Source of the DNA: Azolla caroliniana | Lineage: Eukaryota; Plantae; Polypodiophyta | NCBI GenBank assembly: GCA_043228905.1 | Contig: JBHGNT010000009.1 | Coordinates: 13,144,001 to 13,208,000, forward strand | DNA length: 64,000 nucleotides | Direction of reading: 5' to 3' | In this document: positions 34,076 through 46,400 of the stretch, piece by piece | Layout of the letters: each line of letters begins with the position of its first letter | Position numbering within the stretch: position 1 is the stretch's first letter | Program-made: the position numbers and the translations under genes | Notes under the pieces: generated by a model | Databases searched by the model: none | The model's input: only the letters and a program-made list of their open reading frames with translations | Told to the model about the DNA's origin: nothing

Positions 34076-37000
34076 GATAACAGATGATATATTATAGTAA
34101 GAGTAAGTACAAGATGTCTATGAGGCTTAAGACTGGCGTTGAACCAATTTGGTTCAAAATAATGCCTAGTGCCTTCTTTTATAGTGTTCTCAGGAGTAAT
34201 TCTGAATGTTCCAGAGGAATCTGGAATATACATTAATTTCCTATAGTAAAACTTAAATGAAAATAAAATCCTACATATTACAATAGATGGTATAATGGTT
34301 AAGAGCTCGACCCATATAACATAAGGTCATGGGTTCGAGTCTTGCCATATTATGACACCATCTCCCCCTTAAGACGATGAGTGGAACGAGTCGGCATTGA
34401 TTGCGGATTGGGTTTGTCTGGATACTTTCGGTGGAACTCAGCAAGAAGATCCTGAGCATTGGCGACATGCTCGACGGGTTCCCAAGTACGTTTGCTCGAA
34501 CTATAGCCGAGCCAATTGACCAAATAATAAAGTTTGTTGCCAACAAGTTTGGAATCGAGGACGACAACAACTTCATACTCTGGGCTGGCTTCCAACTCAA
34601 GCGGGGGCGGTGGTGGTGTAACACGATCGGGAATAGTGTTTGCTTTATAAGGTTCAAGAAGAGAGCTATGGAAAACCGGAGGGAGATCAAGGCAGAACGT
34701 GACATCATTAACCTTACTAGTAATACGGAAAGGACCGAGTCGTCGATAATCCAACTTGTCACACAGTTTGAACCAATTTGGTTCAAAATTGCCTAGTGCC
34801 TTTTTTTATAGTGTTCTTAGGAGTAATCCTGAATGTTCTAGAGAAATTTGGAATATATATTAATTTCCTATAGCAAAACTTAAATGAAAATAATATCCTA
34901 CGTATTACAATAGATGGTATAATGGTTAAGAGCTCGACCCATATAACATAAGGTCATGGGTTCGAGTCTTGCCATATTATGACAATGTATTTGTTGCATA
35001 ATCTTCGCGTTCCAGGCTCGCGGGGCTTGCTTAAGTCCGTACAATGACTTCCTCAGTCGGCAAACTCTCGAGGTGTTTCGTTCAAATAGAAATCTGAGGG
35101 GTTGTATCATGTACACCTGTTCGTCAGGCTCACCTTGCAGGAACGCATTCTTTACATCAAGGTGCAGGAACACATTCTTTACATCCATCTGATGTAAGTG
35201 CCACCCCTTCACCGTAGCTACTGCAAGCAAGACACGGACAGTCGTCATCTTCGCGACCGGCACAAACGTCTCATCGTAGTCCATGCCGTGCTTCTGCGCG
35301 TAGCCTTTTGCTACTAAACGGGCCTTGTAGCGGTTGATAGAGCCGTCCGTGTTGTGTTTCACTTTATACACCCACCGACACCCGATCGGCTTCACACCCT
35401 TCGGTGCGTCAACCAGGTCCCATGTCTCGTTCTGTGTTAAGGCGCGCATCTCTTCCTCCATCGTGACACGCCAATTTGCGTCTCTCGGTGCTTCTGCGTA
35501 GCTCTCCGGCTCACGCACTTCCACCACTCGCGTCATATACGCATAATGGTGCGCCATGTATTCATTATACCCGTACCTTTTTACGGGGTTCTTTTGGCGG
35601 GTAGATCGGCGTAAATCGTGATTACTCGATTTAACGACCTTGTCGGCCGATTTTGACCTCTTTCGCAGAGGATTCTTTACGATCGGCGATCGGCTCGATG
35701 TCAGATTCGCTTTGAACTGACTCGGCGCTGCCGAAATCGTACTCTGACATTTTCTTCTTGCCATTCTCCTTGCGCGTAAACTATCTCCTCGGTTCTTTAC
35801 ACGGGGACATCACGGCTGAGTCTCCACTAGTTGCCATCTCATCATCTGGTTGGCCATCTTGGCCCAACCTTTCATTCGGCCCGCTAAGCTGAAATGAGAT
35901 CGAACTCTCTCAGAGCTCCGACATCCTCATCATGCGGAGGCAATTCAGCCTCGCTGATCTCTTCTTCAGAAATCGGAATGGAGTCTTGAGGTACTGGAGG
36001 TGAAGGCAAGTACCACGAAGCAGACTCGTCGAACACGACGTCGCGGCTTACTCATACTTCCTTTGTTCGAGGGTTATAACACTGATACCCAATCTGCTCA
36101 TTTGAATAGCTAACCAAGATACATTTCTCAGCTTTAGCATCTAGTTTCCTCCTTTTCTCCTTTGGCATGTGCACATACACGATGCTGCCGAAAATCCTCA
36201 AGTGTGCGAAGTTCGGCTTCTTCCCGAAATACAGCTCATGTGGCGACACTCCATTAGCAGAAGTCTGATTCTGTAGGTAGACAGTCGTCTTCACGGCTTC
36301 AGCCCAATAGAATTTCGGCATATGCTTCTCTTCAAGCATTGCCCTAACCGCTTCTTCAATCGTCCAGTTCTTCCGCTCGGCCACGCTGTTTTGCTGCGGC
36401 GTGTATCTACATGAGAATTTGCGTCGCATTCCCTCCTTCTTTAGATAACATGTGAACTAGTTGGAGAAGTACTCCTTCCCACCATTGGACCTTATGCATT
36501 TGATCTTACGCCCCATTTCCCTTTCCGCAAGGCTCTTCACATTCAGGAAACATGCGAAGACTTCGCTCTTCTTCTCAATCATGCATGCCCACATGTGCCG
36601 AGTGAAGTCATCGATGAAGGTTACAAAGTAACGGCTTCCATCGAGAATCACATTCTGTGCCGGACCCCACACATCCGAATGGATCAAATCCAGCGGACTT
36701 CGACTACGATTACGCTCATTGGGGAATGGAAGTCGGTGTTGTTTTCCCATCTGACAGGCTTCACAGACTTGGGCATTACGGCCCTGAAATTTCGGCAATC
36801 CGAACATGATGTTCTTCGTCTGCATTTCACGAAGCCGTGGGAAATTTACGTGGCCGAACCTCTTGTGCCACAAGTCGATATCCGATTCGACCTTTTGTCC
36901 TTTTGCGTACAACGTGGTTCCGACTTGATTAGTGTTGAGGATAAACATCCTCCCTTCACGGCACCCTTGCGCGATCACTTTGCCTTCCTCTTCTATGAAG

Positions 37001-38729
37001 GAGCCGAGGTGCATGAATCAAACTTGCATACCTTGGTCGACGATCTGACCGACCGACACCAGGTTCTTGGTTATTGTCGGGACGTGCATCACGTTCATTA
37101 GCTTCCCTTTCGGCCCGACGTGGCTGAGGGGAACTTCACCGACATGTTCGATGGTATGAGGAGTGTCGTCTCCCGTTTTGACCACTCCTTTCTTTTCCGA
37201 CTTCTCCAAGTACGAGAACCATTCCTCGTGACTCGTCATATGATTTGATGCTCCGGAATCGACATACCACACTTAGCTTGATTTCGAGGTGTTCACGGAC
37301 ATTGAGTTGGCCTTATGCTTCATTACGAAGGTAGGGCCCATTCCATTTCTGGCTCGTTCTGAGCCTTCCGCGTAGTGCGACTTCTGACGCCTTCCTGCGT
37401 CTCTTCCGCTCGATCCAGCTTTGTCTGAATCGACTTATTTCTTCCAGCACTCGCTCTCCTTGTGGCCTTTCTTGCCACAATACCAACATTCCGACGCGGC
37501 TTCTCTTGTCATCTTTCGGCACTGCCATGACTCCCCTGCTTCCGGAGGGTTCGGGTTTGCTTCCGACATCTCTATTATGCCATCCATTCTTCTCTTTTCG
37601 GCCGCCTCCATTGCGCGCCGATCCGCCTCGTTCACCACGACCACGGGGCCTATCATCCTCTGTGTAGAGCATCTTGCCATCGGTGTGCGCACTCGTTGAT
37701 GCACCCTCCTGGTTTTCTTCTACGAGCAACATTGACTAAAGCTCGAAAAACGAAGGCGTATTCTCCCTCGTGCAAACTGTTGTTTGGAAAGCTCCGAACT
37801 TAGACGCTAACCCGCCAAGACAAACCTGCACCATCTCGTCCTCCTCGACGTTCACGTTGACAGAGGCGAGTGAATCGCAAATTTCTTTGATCATGGTGGT
37901 GTAGTCAGCCACCGACATATCTTGTTGTCATACATTGCTCAACTCTTGCCTGAGTTGAAGCTTCATGGCTGTAGTGCTTGCGGCGAAGAGCTTTTTGAGA
38001 TTTGCCCACGCGTCCTTTGGCGTCTTAGCATCCCAAATATAGCTCAATAGTTGGTCGCTCACACAAGATGCAAAGCAGTAGAGAACTCTGCTTGCCGCTT
38101 GTTCCCAAGCCGAATCAGGTGCCACATCATTAGCTCCTTCTACATAATTCTAGTAGCCGTGACCGAGCAGGTACTAGTGCATCTTGTACGAGCAAGATGC
38201 GTAGTTGCTCCTATCGAGCTTCTCAATCGGTAGCGAGCTTCCCATACCTCTATCCATATTGTTCAACTCTGTTTAGTTGCAAGCTTTTATTGTCGGCTGC
38301 AGAGGACTTCAACCCTCGCGCTCTGCTACCATGTAAAAGTTGTGCGGAAGCGTGTGCGTAAACGCAAAGTAGTTCAGTAAACACAGAAAACACAGAGATG
38401 GAGAGGGAGAGGGAGAGACAGAGACAGAGCGACACTATGGATCAAATTCAAAATAATTCTCAGTTCTGTACATACTTCGTGCTCAGTGAGCACCTTATAT
38501 ATAAGCCTTGACAATCGGGCTGACACAAGTACTGATAGTACTTGAATGCTCATAAATGAGTCGACTACACAAACTCCCAAAATTATTCCTTTATGAGGAA
38601 TAACTCTCTAACAGCCTCTTCGGTTTTCACACCGATGCGGCCCTGTTGTGCATACTTTTTCACGCACCCAATCTACGCACTAGGTTACGCTGCGGACTTC
38701 GCACCGAATGTTGAGCTTGTCTCTCAACA
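31985..38729 (-). mobile_element. Ty1/Copia LTR retrotransposon inserted in the TIR transposon
   Basis: LTRs 31985-32386 and 38332-38729; TSD CAAAT (31980-31984, 38730-38734); PBS TGGTAGCAGAGC; PPT AGGGGGAG; frameshifted gag, PR (WYVDSGASNHM), INT, RT and RNase H ORFs. Confidence 0.95.
33960..34984 (-). mobile_element. Internally deleted chromovirus: 3' LTR 33960-34357, PPT, chromodomain, partial second LTR ~34768-34984
   Basis: ORF 34350-34754 encodes EYEVVVVLDSK...YYLVNWLGY...TWEPVEHV; splits the Copia RT; degenerate TSD ACGCA/ATGTA. Confidence 0.88.
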
Positions 38730-40559
38730 CAAATTCTAATGAAGTTGTGGAACATGTGATACTAGTGCATCCAATTTTTGTATAGAGGGTATATTTGGAT
38801 AGTTTCAAGAAGATTCTACAAGTGGAATGCGCGATACTTCCACTTGTGAACGCGAACGTGATCAACACGTTTGTTTCAATAATAAATGGTTTTTGTGGAT
38901 CAACATGAGCTAGAATAGAGGCTGATGTAAATGCTTTCTTGAGATCCACAAAAGCAGTAGTGTCGCACCGATCGTGGAGTCTGCCATTCTAACACCATTT
39001 GGACCTTAGTTGGATCCATAGAGATTCCTTCAAAGGAGATGACATAGCCTAGGTATATGGTTAGATAGATGTCATTTGCCATGTACTAAAAAATGTTGGT
39101 GCATTGGTGAGCCCAAATGACATAACTATATACTCAAATGCCTGTATCGGGTGTGTAAAGCTCTCTTCCACTTATCTCCCGATTGAATTTGTATGAGGTT
39201 ATTGTAGCCAACAATGCTCAGCCACAAACGAGTCTCAATCACAATGGAAGAGAAAAACTAGAATAGGAATAAAGATTAATGCGCGTACACACAAAATGGG
39301 TCGACATAGGATATTAACATGGAAACCCTAATCGGGGAAAACCATGGGAGTTCTCTAACTCTGAATAGAATCACTATAGAGGAGGGGTACAACAGAATGA
39401 GACTCAGAGGCAATGACCTCGAGCTCTGTATCTTCGCCAAATGGCAGTTACAGTAGAAGCAGCTTTATGTGTGTGTGTGTCTCTCTCTATCTGTACAACG
39501 ATAATGATAGCAACGATTATAATGATGATCTACACGTAACAATATTGCCCTAGTTATATTTATACTTATATAAGTTTGGGGCTATTTACAAATATGACCT
39601 CAACGGTCACTTTTGAACATATTTACTAATATGTTCCTATTTGCTGGTTCATACCGAATCCGGCTGCACTCCTTTTGGACCCATCCGGTCTAGTTCCTTT
39701 CTTCATATTGTTTGATCTGGCTTGTCCAATTCTCATCTGGATCCCATCTGGAGGGACCTGTTTCCCAACAAACTCCCCCTTCACTCCAGCATGCGATGTC
39801 TTGTTAGTCCGATCTGTCTCCGGCACACGTCCAACTTGTCGATTGACAACACCTTGGTTAGCATGTCTGACCCATTTTCCTTCGTATGGATCTCCATCAG
39901 CGAAAACTCTTTATCTTCTACCTTCTCCCGGAGCCAGTGATATCTCCTTTGGATGTGCTTGGTCCGGGAATGGTAGGCCGCGTTCTTCGCGAGGTGGATG
40001 TTACTCCTAAGGGCCGGGCAATAGCCTAACACAGGGTGTCTACGGAAGACACTTCCCCAAAGGGTGCTATGGTGAGGTAACTTAGACTAATGATTGATCA
40101 GAACTTTATCGGCTACTTAAGCAACATAGCATGAATCTTAATACACGCGTAAGATAGGAAGTGATAGCACAGAATGGTAATCAATACACAGATAAGAAAA
40201 TAGAGCTTTATTAATTATCCGTCATGATTTACAATGTAATCGGGCCCTTTTATAGATCACCGGCTATGCACACAAAACGGTGCCAACCGGCACACTGATA
40301 TGAACCGGTCCGGATCCAGATCGGCATACCAATTCCGGTCCGTCCATTCACTTCTCAAAATATACTTAATTACTAACTATTCTAATAACAGCTTCCGATA
40401 ATTCCTTTCCTTTCACATTTTGGACTATCCTCCACTCCTTGTCAGCTGGCTAACACATGGCATGCCCATGGGACAGTACCTTGTACGTCGAATCCCACTA
40501 TCCGGCCTTCAATCCTCGTCCAAAATATCCAGAATGCTCTAATCGAGGGCTCTAAGGGT

Positions 40560-43454
40560 TCTTCGGAAAGCTAATCGGACTAGTGTTGCTGTTGATGTTG
40601 TTGTTGTTGCTGCTCCGTTCGCTGTTGTTGTTGCTTCTACTGTTGCGCGATCTCCGGCTCTTTTGGGCATTGCTCTTGCAGCTGCGCAATTTCCGACTCT
40701 TCTGTTCGGCTCCCGGTGCTGGCGGTTGTTGCAGATATTCCTCCCTTGGCTGCTCCTCCTGAGTTAAATCCGGTTGGCTTGTCTCAGCCTTGCCTCTGTT
40801 CGCCTTTGCTCAGACGATGGCTCTTCATCACTGAGATTGATTGTTTCCGTGCTCTTCGTCACCTATTGCCGTAGCCTCTCCTTTTCGTAACTTTCAAACC
40901 GGATTTGGTTATCTAGCCGATCATCGTCCAGTTGTGCTACTAGTTGTCGGACCACTGCGATCTGTTCATCAGCCAGTGCTACGAAGTCATCTGCCTATTC
41001 ATCTTTCATGGAAGCAAAGTCTTCCTTTTCTATCTTATAGAACTCATCTCCTTCCCTTTGCTGGTTTTCTGCGTCCGCCCTCAGCAACTGTAGCTCGGTA
41101 GCATGCTTCGCCCATTTCGACCACCATAATACTGAGTTGTCTTCAATCAAACGTTTCGTTCAATTCTTCCATGCTTGTACAATGCACTCATCTTTGATTT
41201 GTCTTCAGCGGCCTGCCGTTCATCTTTCAATTGTTTGATTAGGTTCGTAGTTACCACCTCCTGGTCCTTGTAGCACACCAGTTGATTCTAATAAGTTGTC
41301 TGCACTCTTTGTAAGACCATGGTGGCGCGTTCCGCATGATGTTGCTTCTGGAGTTCTAGGCGTTCTTGCGCCGCTTCAGCTCGTATGGTTTCCTTCTCAA
41401 CCCGTTCTTCCGCTAGTGCCATCTCTGCCCGTTGCACTTCGTTTCGGAGCTCGAACATCTTCTCCTGCTGCTGGTCGCTGTCGGTGATGAGCTTCTTGTA
41501 TTCCATCTCGACATGTTTATAATCCCGGTGCAGGCGATCAAAATCGTCAGTTTTCTGCTTCAGCTTCTGATTGATTTGGCGGCGAGCTAAGTCTTCCCTA
41601 TCCTTTTGCTGTCGAAGCTCTTCTTTGAGCCTTTCTATCTCTGTTTCCACCATCCTTCGGAGTTTATCCTTCTCTTGCAACAATTTTTCTTTCTCTTCCT
41701 TAAGCTGGTCATAGGCTTGGTGTCCCTTCCGTAGGCTTTCTTCTGCTTGGCAAAGGTTGTCGGCAGTCTTTCGTTGTTCTTCCTCCGCCGCCAATTTTAA
41801 TTCTTTCCCTGACCCATAATGCTTCTTGTGCGGCCAGGTCTTCTTTGAGAATGTCAAGCTCTTGAGCTTGCGCTGTAATTGTTTCCGGGATTGTTTTTGT
41901 CACCGGGGTCGTATGATTATGTATAGTTGTCGGCGTTACGTTATTCTGTACATGTACCGGAGCCACCGGTTCTTGTTCCTGGGGTCCTGTTATGACCATC
42001 TTAGCCAATTCTTTTTCCAAGCTCCGGATCCTTGACCGGGCCTTCTCTAGTTCTCCGGTTGTGGCTACCAACCGGTACAATTGTGCTTTGTCTTCTGCTT
42101 CCATATAATGGACTACTCCGGCTATTTGCTCACCGATCCACCGCAACCATTGGCTGTCGGTGCCTTGTTGGTGTGTCCGTGCGGAGGTTTGGCCGATTTT
42201 TGCACTTGCTAATGGCTGATCTTGTTTGGTTACGTCGATTGGCAACTCTGGCTCCAGTTGGTTACCACTTGGCAGTTCCGGCTCTAGTTGTGCCTCAGTT
42301 GGCCGTTCCAGCTCTGGTTGGTCCTGGTGTGCTGGTGGTGTAGACAACTGAATCACCGGCTCGTGAATCACAGGTCTTGTTATATCATGACTTGCCGGCG
42401 TAGGCTGCTGCGCAAGGAATTTTGTGACCGGTTCTGTTCGAACCGGTTCCGATTCCACCCTTGGCTCTGGGCAATCAGTGCGGGGTATCAACGTCCTATC
42501 CTTCCCTGGACCCGATTGCTCCCCGACATGGTCTGCAGTGCGCTTCTTCTGGCGCCGCTAGAGGTGCTCACTGGGCTCCTCCGCCGTTTCCTTCTCTTGA
42601 GTCCCAAGATTGATTTTCATTGCGAAGGGCTCTTGCTCCTGTGGACCTAGCCGGCGCAACGTAATCTTTATTGGCCGTGCCGGTGTTTCCTCTTGCATTT
42701 TTGCCTAGTTAGGCCGCTTTTTCGCCGTTTTTTCAGTGTCGGCCTCCTTCCCTTTGGTTGCCTTAGCAGCCAATAGCTACTGCCGTTTTGAAGCCATTTT
42801 GGGGGTTCCTTCGGTTGATCTCCCCCACTTCTTCGACGTGATGGGCTCCACTGGTGGTGCTAACAGTGTGAGCCATTGCGCCATCGCCGCCCATATTTTC
42901 CTACCATCCTTCCCTCTTACCAGGTTGATGGCCGTGCGCAATCCGTCGGCGATCAACACCGACTAGTCCACCTGTATACCCTCATATGTGGCTATAATTA
43001 AACCGGCTTTGTTCCTAGGCATTGCTGGGGGTCGAGGGTACACATGGCCAAACTCGTGGAGTACACGAGCAATCTCTCGGAATAAGCCATCCTCGCCGCC
43101 TTGTGTGCGATATGCCTTGCTGGCTAGAGAGTACTCACCAAAGTATTTCGTGAGCTGCTTTGGGGTAGGGTTGTCTATGGTGGAGATGACGCCTTCGGGT
43201 AGACCCGCCAGGGCACGGATGGCCTCCTCTGTGATTACTTCGGTGTCGATGTCTTTAACAACCTTTGCCGCCTCTCTGTGTGGTGGTGCCTCCATGATCC
43301 TCAAGAAACCTTCCAATCCGTGTTGCTTCAACCACTTCTTGGCTACCTCAAAGGGCGCCATGCAGTCCATTTCTCCTTCTGAGTCGGTGGTTGCTGGTGA
43401 GGTAGGTGCGTTAGTGGGCTCTCGGTGCTCACATCTGATTATCTTGAATCGCAT
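40560..43454 (-). pseudogene. Additional sense ORF downstream of Gypsy pol: globular N-terminus, Pro/Glu-rich linker, long coiled coil
   Basis: Collinear ORFs 42963-43454, 42777-42959, 41709-42491 and 41288-41857, separated by stops and frameshifts; heptad-rich ELKLAAEEEQRK...RLKEELRQQK. Confidence 0.7.
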
Positions 43455-46400
43455 GTGTGCGTTTGCAATTCTCTGTTCGCGAAATGAGAAGGCCTCGATT
43501 CTTGCGCATGCGCACGTCGTGTACTATAATAGCAATGAAGTGCCACGTGGCGGCGTTTTAATGTGCTATAAATAGCCCACTACGTTGCTTTTCAAATTGC
43601 CCGTTCACTCCTCCCTTTTTATTGCATGTGACCGTTCGCTCAGGCCATTGCAAGATTTGGGTTTGATTGGATCTGATTTGATTTTCTTTTTTTCTTTCTT
43701 TATTATTTATTTATTTTTCTTTTAAATTTCGCTCGTCTTAATCCGTATCCAGCCCAAATGAACCCTTCTCCGGATTGTTGTCCCTTTCACCGGTTCCGTG
43801 CTTGCCAATTGCTTGACCAGTTATCGTCTCGTCCTGCTTACCGGTGTCCGGTTCGGTGTCAGCCTTTGTCTGTTCAAACGGGTTTCTTGGCATATGGTTT
43901 GAGTCAAAACCCATTGATCCATTTACCCATAACTTCTCCAGCAAGTGTCCGTAGCTGGTAGGAACCGTTAAACTCCCGTGTAATCCAATATGGTCTGGTC
44001 CATCGAAACCGTAGTTTCCCCGACATCTTAGCCATCCGGGTTTGGAATACAAGTACCGGCTTGCCAGTCACGAACATTTTTTCGTTACATTTCCGGTGTC
44101 GATCGACGAACGCTTTCCTTCTCCGTTGCTCCAGTTCCATGTGCATCAGGCTGGCTATCTGGTGTTCCTCTAGTTCGCATAGTGCTGCTAGCCGGATTGT
44201 TTCCGACTCCTTGTTTAGGCGTTCCCAAACCTGTAACCTCAAACTGGGAACCTGGAATTCGATCGCATTACCGCTTCCAATACGAATGCTAATCGGAAAG
44301 GCGTTGTCCTGATACTTGTCTTATACGCTATCCGGTAGGTCCAGAGTGCATTGTGCAGCTTTGTATCCCAATCTGTCCGGTTGTCATTGACGATTTTCCA
44401 CAAGATGTTTTGTAGCATCTTATTTGTGGATTCGGCTAATCCGTTGGCTTGCGGATAATACGGAGTGCTTCGCTTGTGCACCACCGCATAGAATGTCGTC
44501 AAGCTCTCCACCACTTGTCCTAGGAAATGCCCACCTTGGTCGCTGATTAGCTCGATCAGACATCCATACTGGCACCAGATATATTCATATAAAAACTTTG
44601 CCGTGGATGTTGCGGTGTTGTCACGTAGTGCAGTAGTCCGTAGCGACAATCACGTATCGGTTGCCGATTCTCATTGATGGTGGTTTAAATGGGCCGACGA
44701 AGTCCAGCCCCCATTTCTGAAATGGTTCCAATGGCAGCACCGGCTGGTGAGGCATTCTTGCCTATTCCATTGGTTGGCCCATCCGCTAACATAAATCACA
44801 TTCTTTAGCATGCCAGACAACATCTTTTAATGTTGTCGGCCACCATAGGCCACTCTGCCATATTTTCCTTGCTGTAGCGTCCCCAGCATAATGCCCTCCG
44901 GCAACACCGCAGTGTGCTTCGTGTAGTATTTGGTCTTTTTCGTCGTTGTGCACCACGCGCCGCCATATGCCATCCGCGCCTTTACGATACAATGTTTCCT
45001 GCAGTAGGCAGAAGTGTCGGCTTTGTACTGCTAATCATTTCCGCTCTTCTTTGTTCATCTCATTTGGAGGTAATCCGGTTCTCAAGAAATGGTGCATGTT
45101 AGTGAGCCACTTGTCCTCCTTGACGACCGTACCATATGTTGCCGTTTCTGTTGTGACCCTAAACAACTCTGCATCCAGAAACTCATCTGGGACTCCGTCA
45201 TCGGTTTCACCGGAGTCTAACTAGCTCAAATAATCCGCAACTCCATGTTGTATGCCTGGCCGATGAAATATCTCGAACTCAAATTCCTGTAATAATAATG
45301 TCCACCAGGCCAGCTTACCCGTGAGTGATGCTTTTGAGACCAAGTAAAGTAGCGCCGAATGGTCTACATGAAAGGAAAATTTCCTCCCCAATAGGTATTG
45401 TCGGAACTTGGTGACGTTGTAGATCATGCCCAAGGCTTCTCTTTCCGTCGTTGAGTAATTACGTTCCGCCTGGGATAGGTTCCGACTAGCATAATACAAG
45501 GGCCGGTACCACTTGGGTTCGGTAAGCTGCATTAATGCGCCCCCAATTGCTATGTCGGACGCGTCTACGAATACGTGGAATTCTTTAGACCAATCAGAGG
45601 TTGCAGCACTGGTGCTTGTGATAGTAGCACTTGTAATGCTCGGTAAGCCTTCTCTTTTGTGTCTGTCCATTGAAATGGTGTCTGGTGCACCGCAACATGC
45701 AATGGTGTGGCCAAGTCTGCCAGATACCAGAGCATCCGGCTATGCCACCGGATTTGTCCTAGGAACCGACTCAATGCTTTCGTTGTGGTGGGTGCCAGTG
45801 CCTCCAAAATTGCTTTGACCTTGTCCAGGTCTACTGCAATACCATCCTTGCTAACGACGTGGCCTAGTAATGCACCGCTTGACACACCGAACACGCATTT
45901 TGCTGGGTTAAGGCTTAACCAGTAAACCCTACATTTCTCAAGGCATAGTCGGAGGTGTTGGAGGTGTTCCCCTTCCCGGCTGTACATTTCTCACCCACCA
46001 CGGCGAAATCGTCTAGGAACACCTACATGAATGCTGGAATAAATTCTCCGAAAGTCTCCATGATTATCCACTGAAAGGTTTTTAGCGTCGTTTTAAGTCT
46101 GAACATCATGACTATGGCAACAAATACTCCCCATTCGGTAACAAAAGCGGTTTTCCCCTAGTCGTCGGGGTGCATCCGGATCTGATTATAGCCGCTGAAT
46201 CCGTCTAGGAAACTATAAACTTCGTGACCTGCTACTGCATCCAGGACTCCATCCGTAAAAGGGAGTTGGAAGGCGTCGGTTACCGTTTCCGCATTCAACT
46301 TCCGGTAGTCGACACATACCCTGATTTTTCCGTTCTTTTTTAGTACGACGACTATCGGACTCAGCCATGTCACCTTCTTGTCGATTTCGTCCTTTACTTT

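Larger units (their letters stand above)
24936..38862. mobile_element. TIR DNA transposon, Sola-like, ~7.2 kb without the nested Copia, carrying transposase and a ParB-MTase cargo gene
   Basis: Left TIR AACATGTTCGCGTTCACAAGTGGAAGGATTGCGCAT; right TIR (reverse complement) ATCACGTTCGCGTTCACAAGTGGAAGTATCGCGCAT; 4-bp TSD CAAC (24932-24935, 38863-38866). Removing it restores the Gypsy RNase H frame. Confidence 0.88.

Noticed and set aside
34288-34350. Functional tRNA gene
   Set aside because: A and B boxes are present but no convincing acceptor or anticodon stems form; reported only as a tRNA-like cassette.
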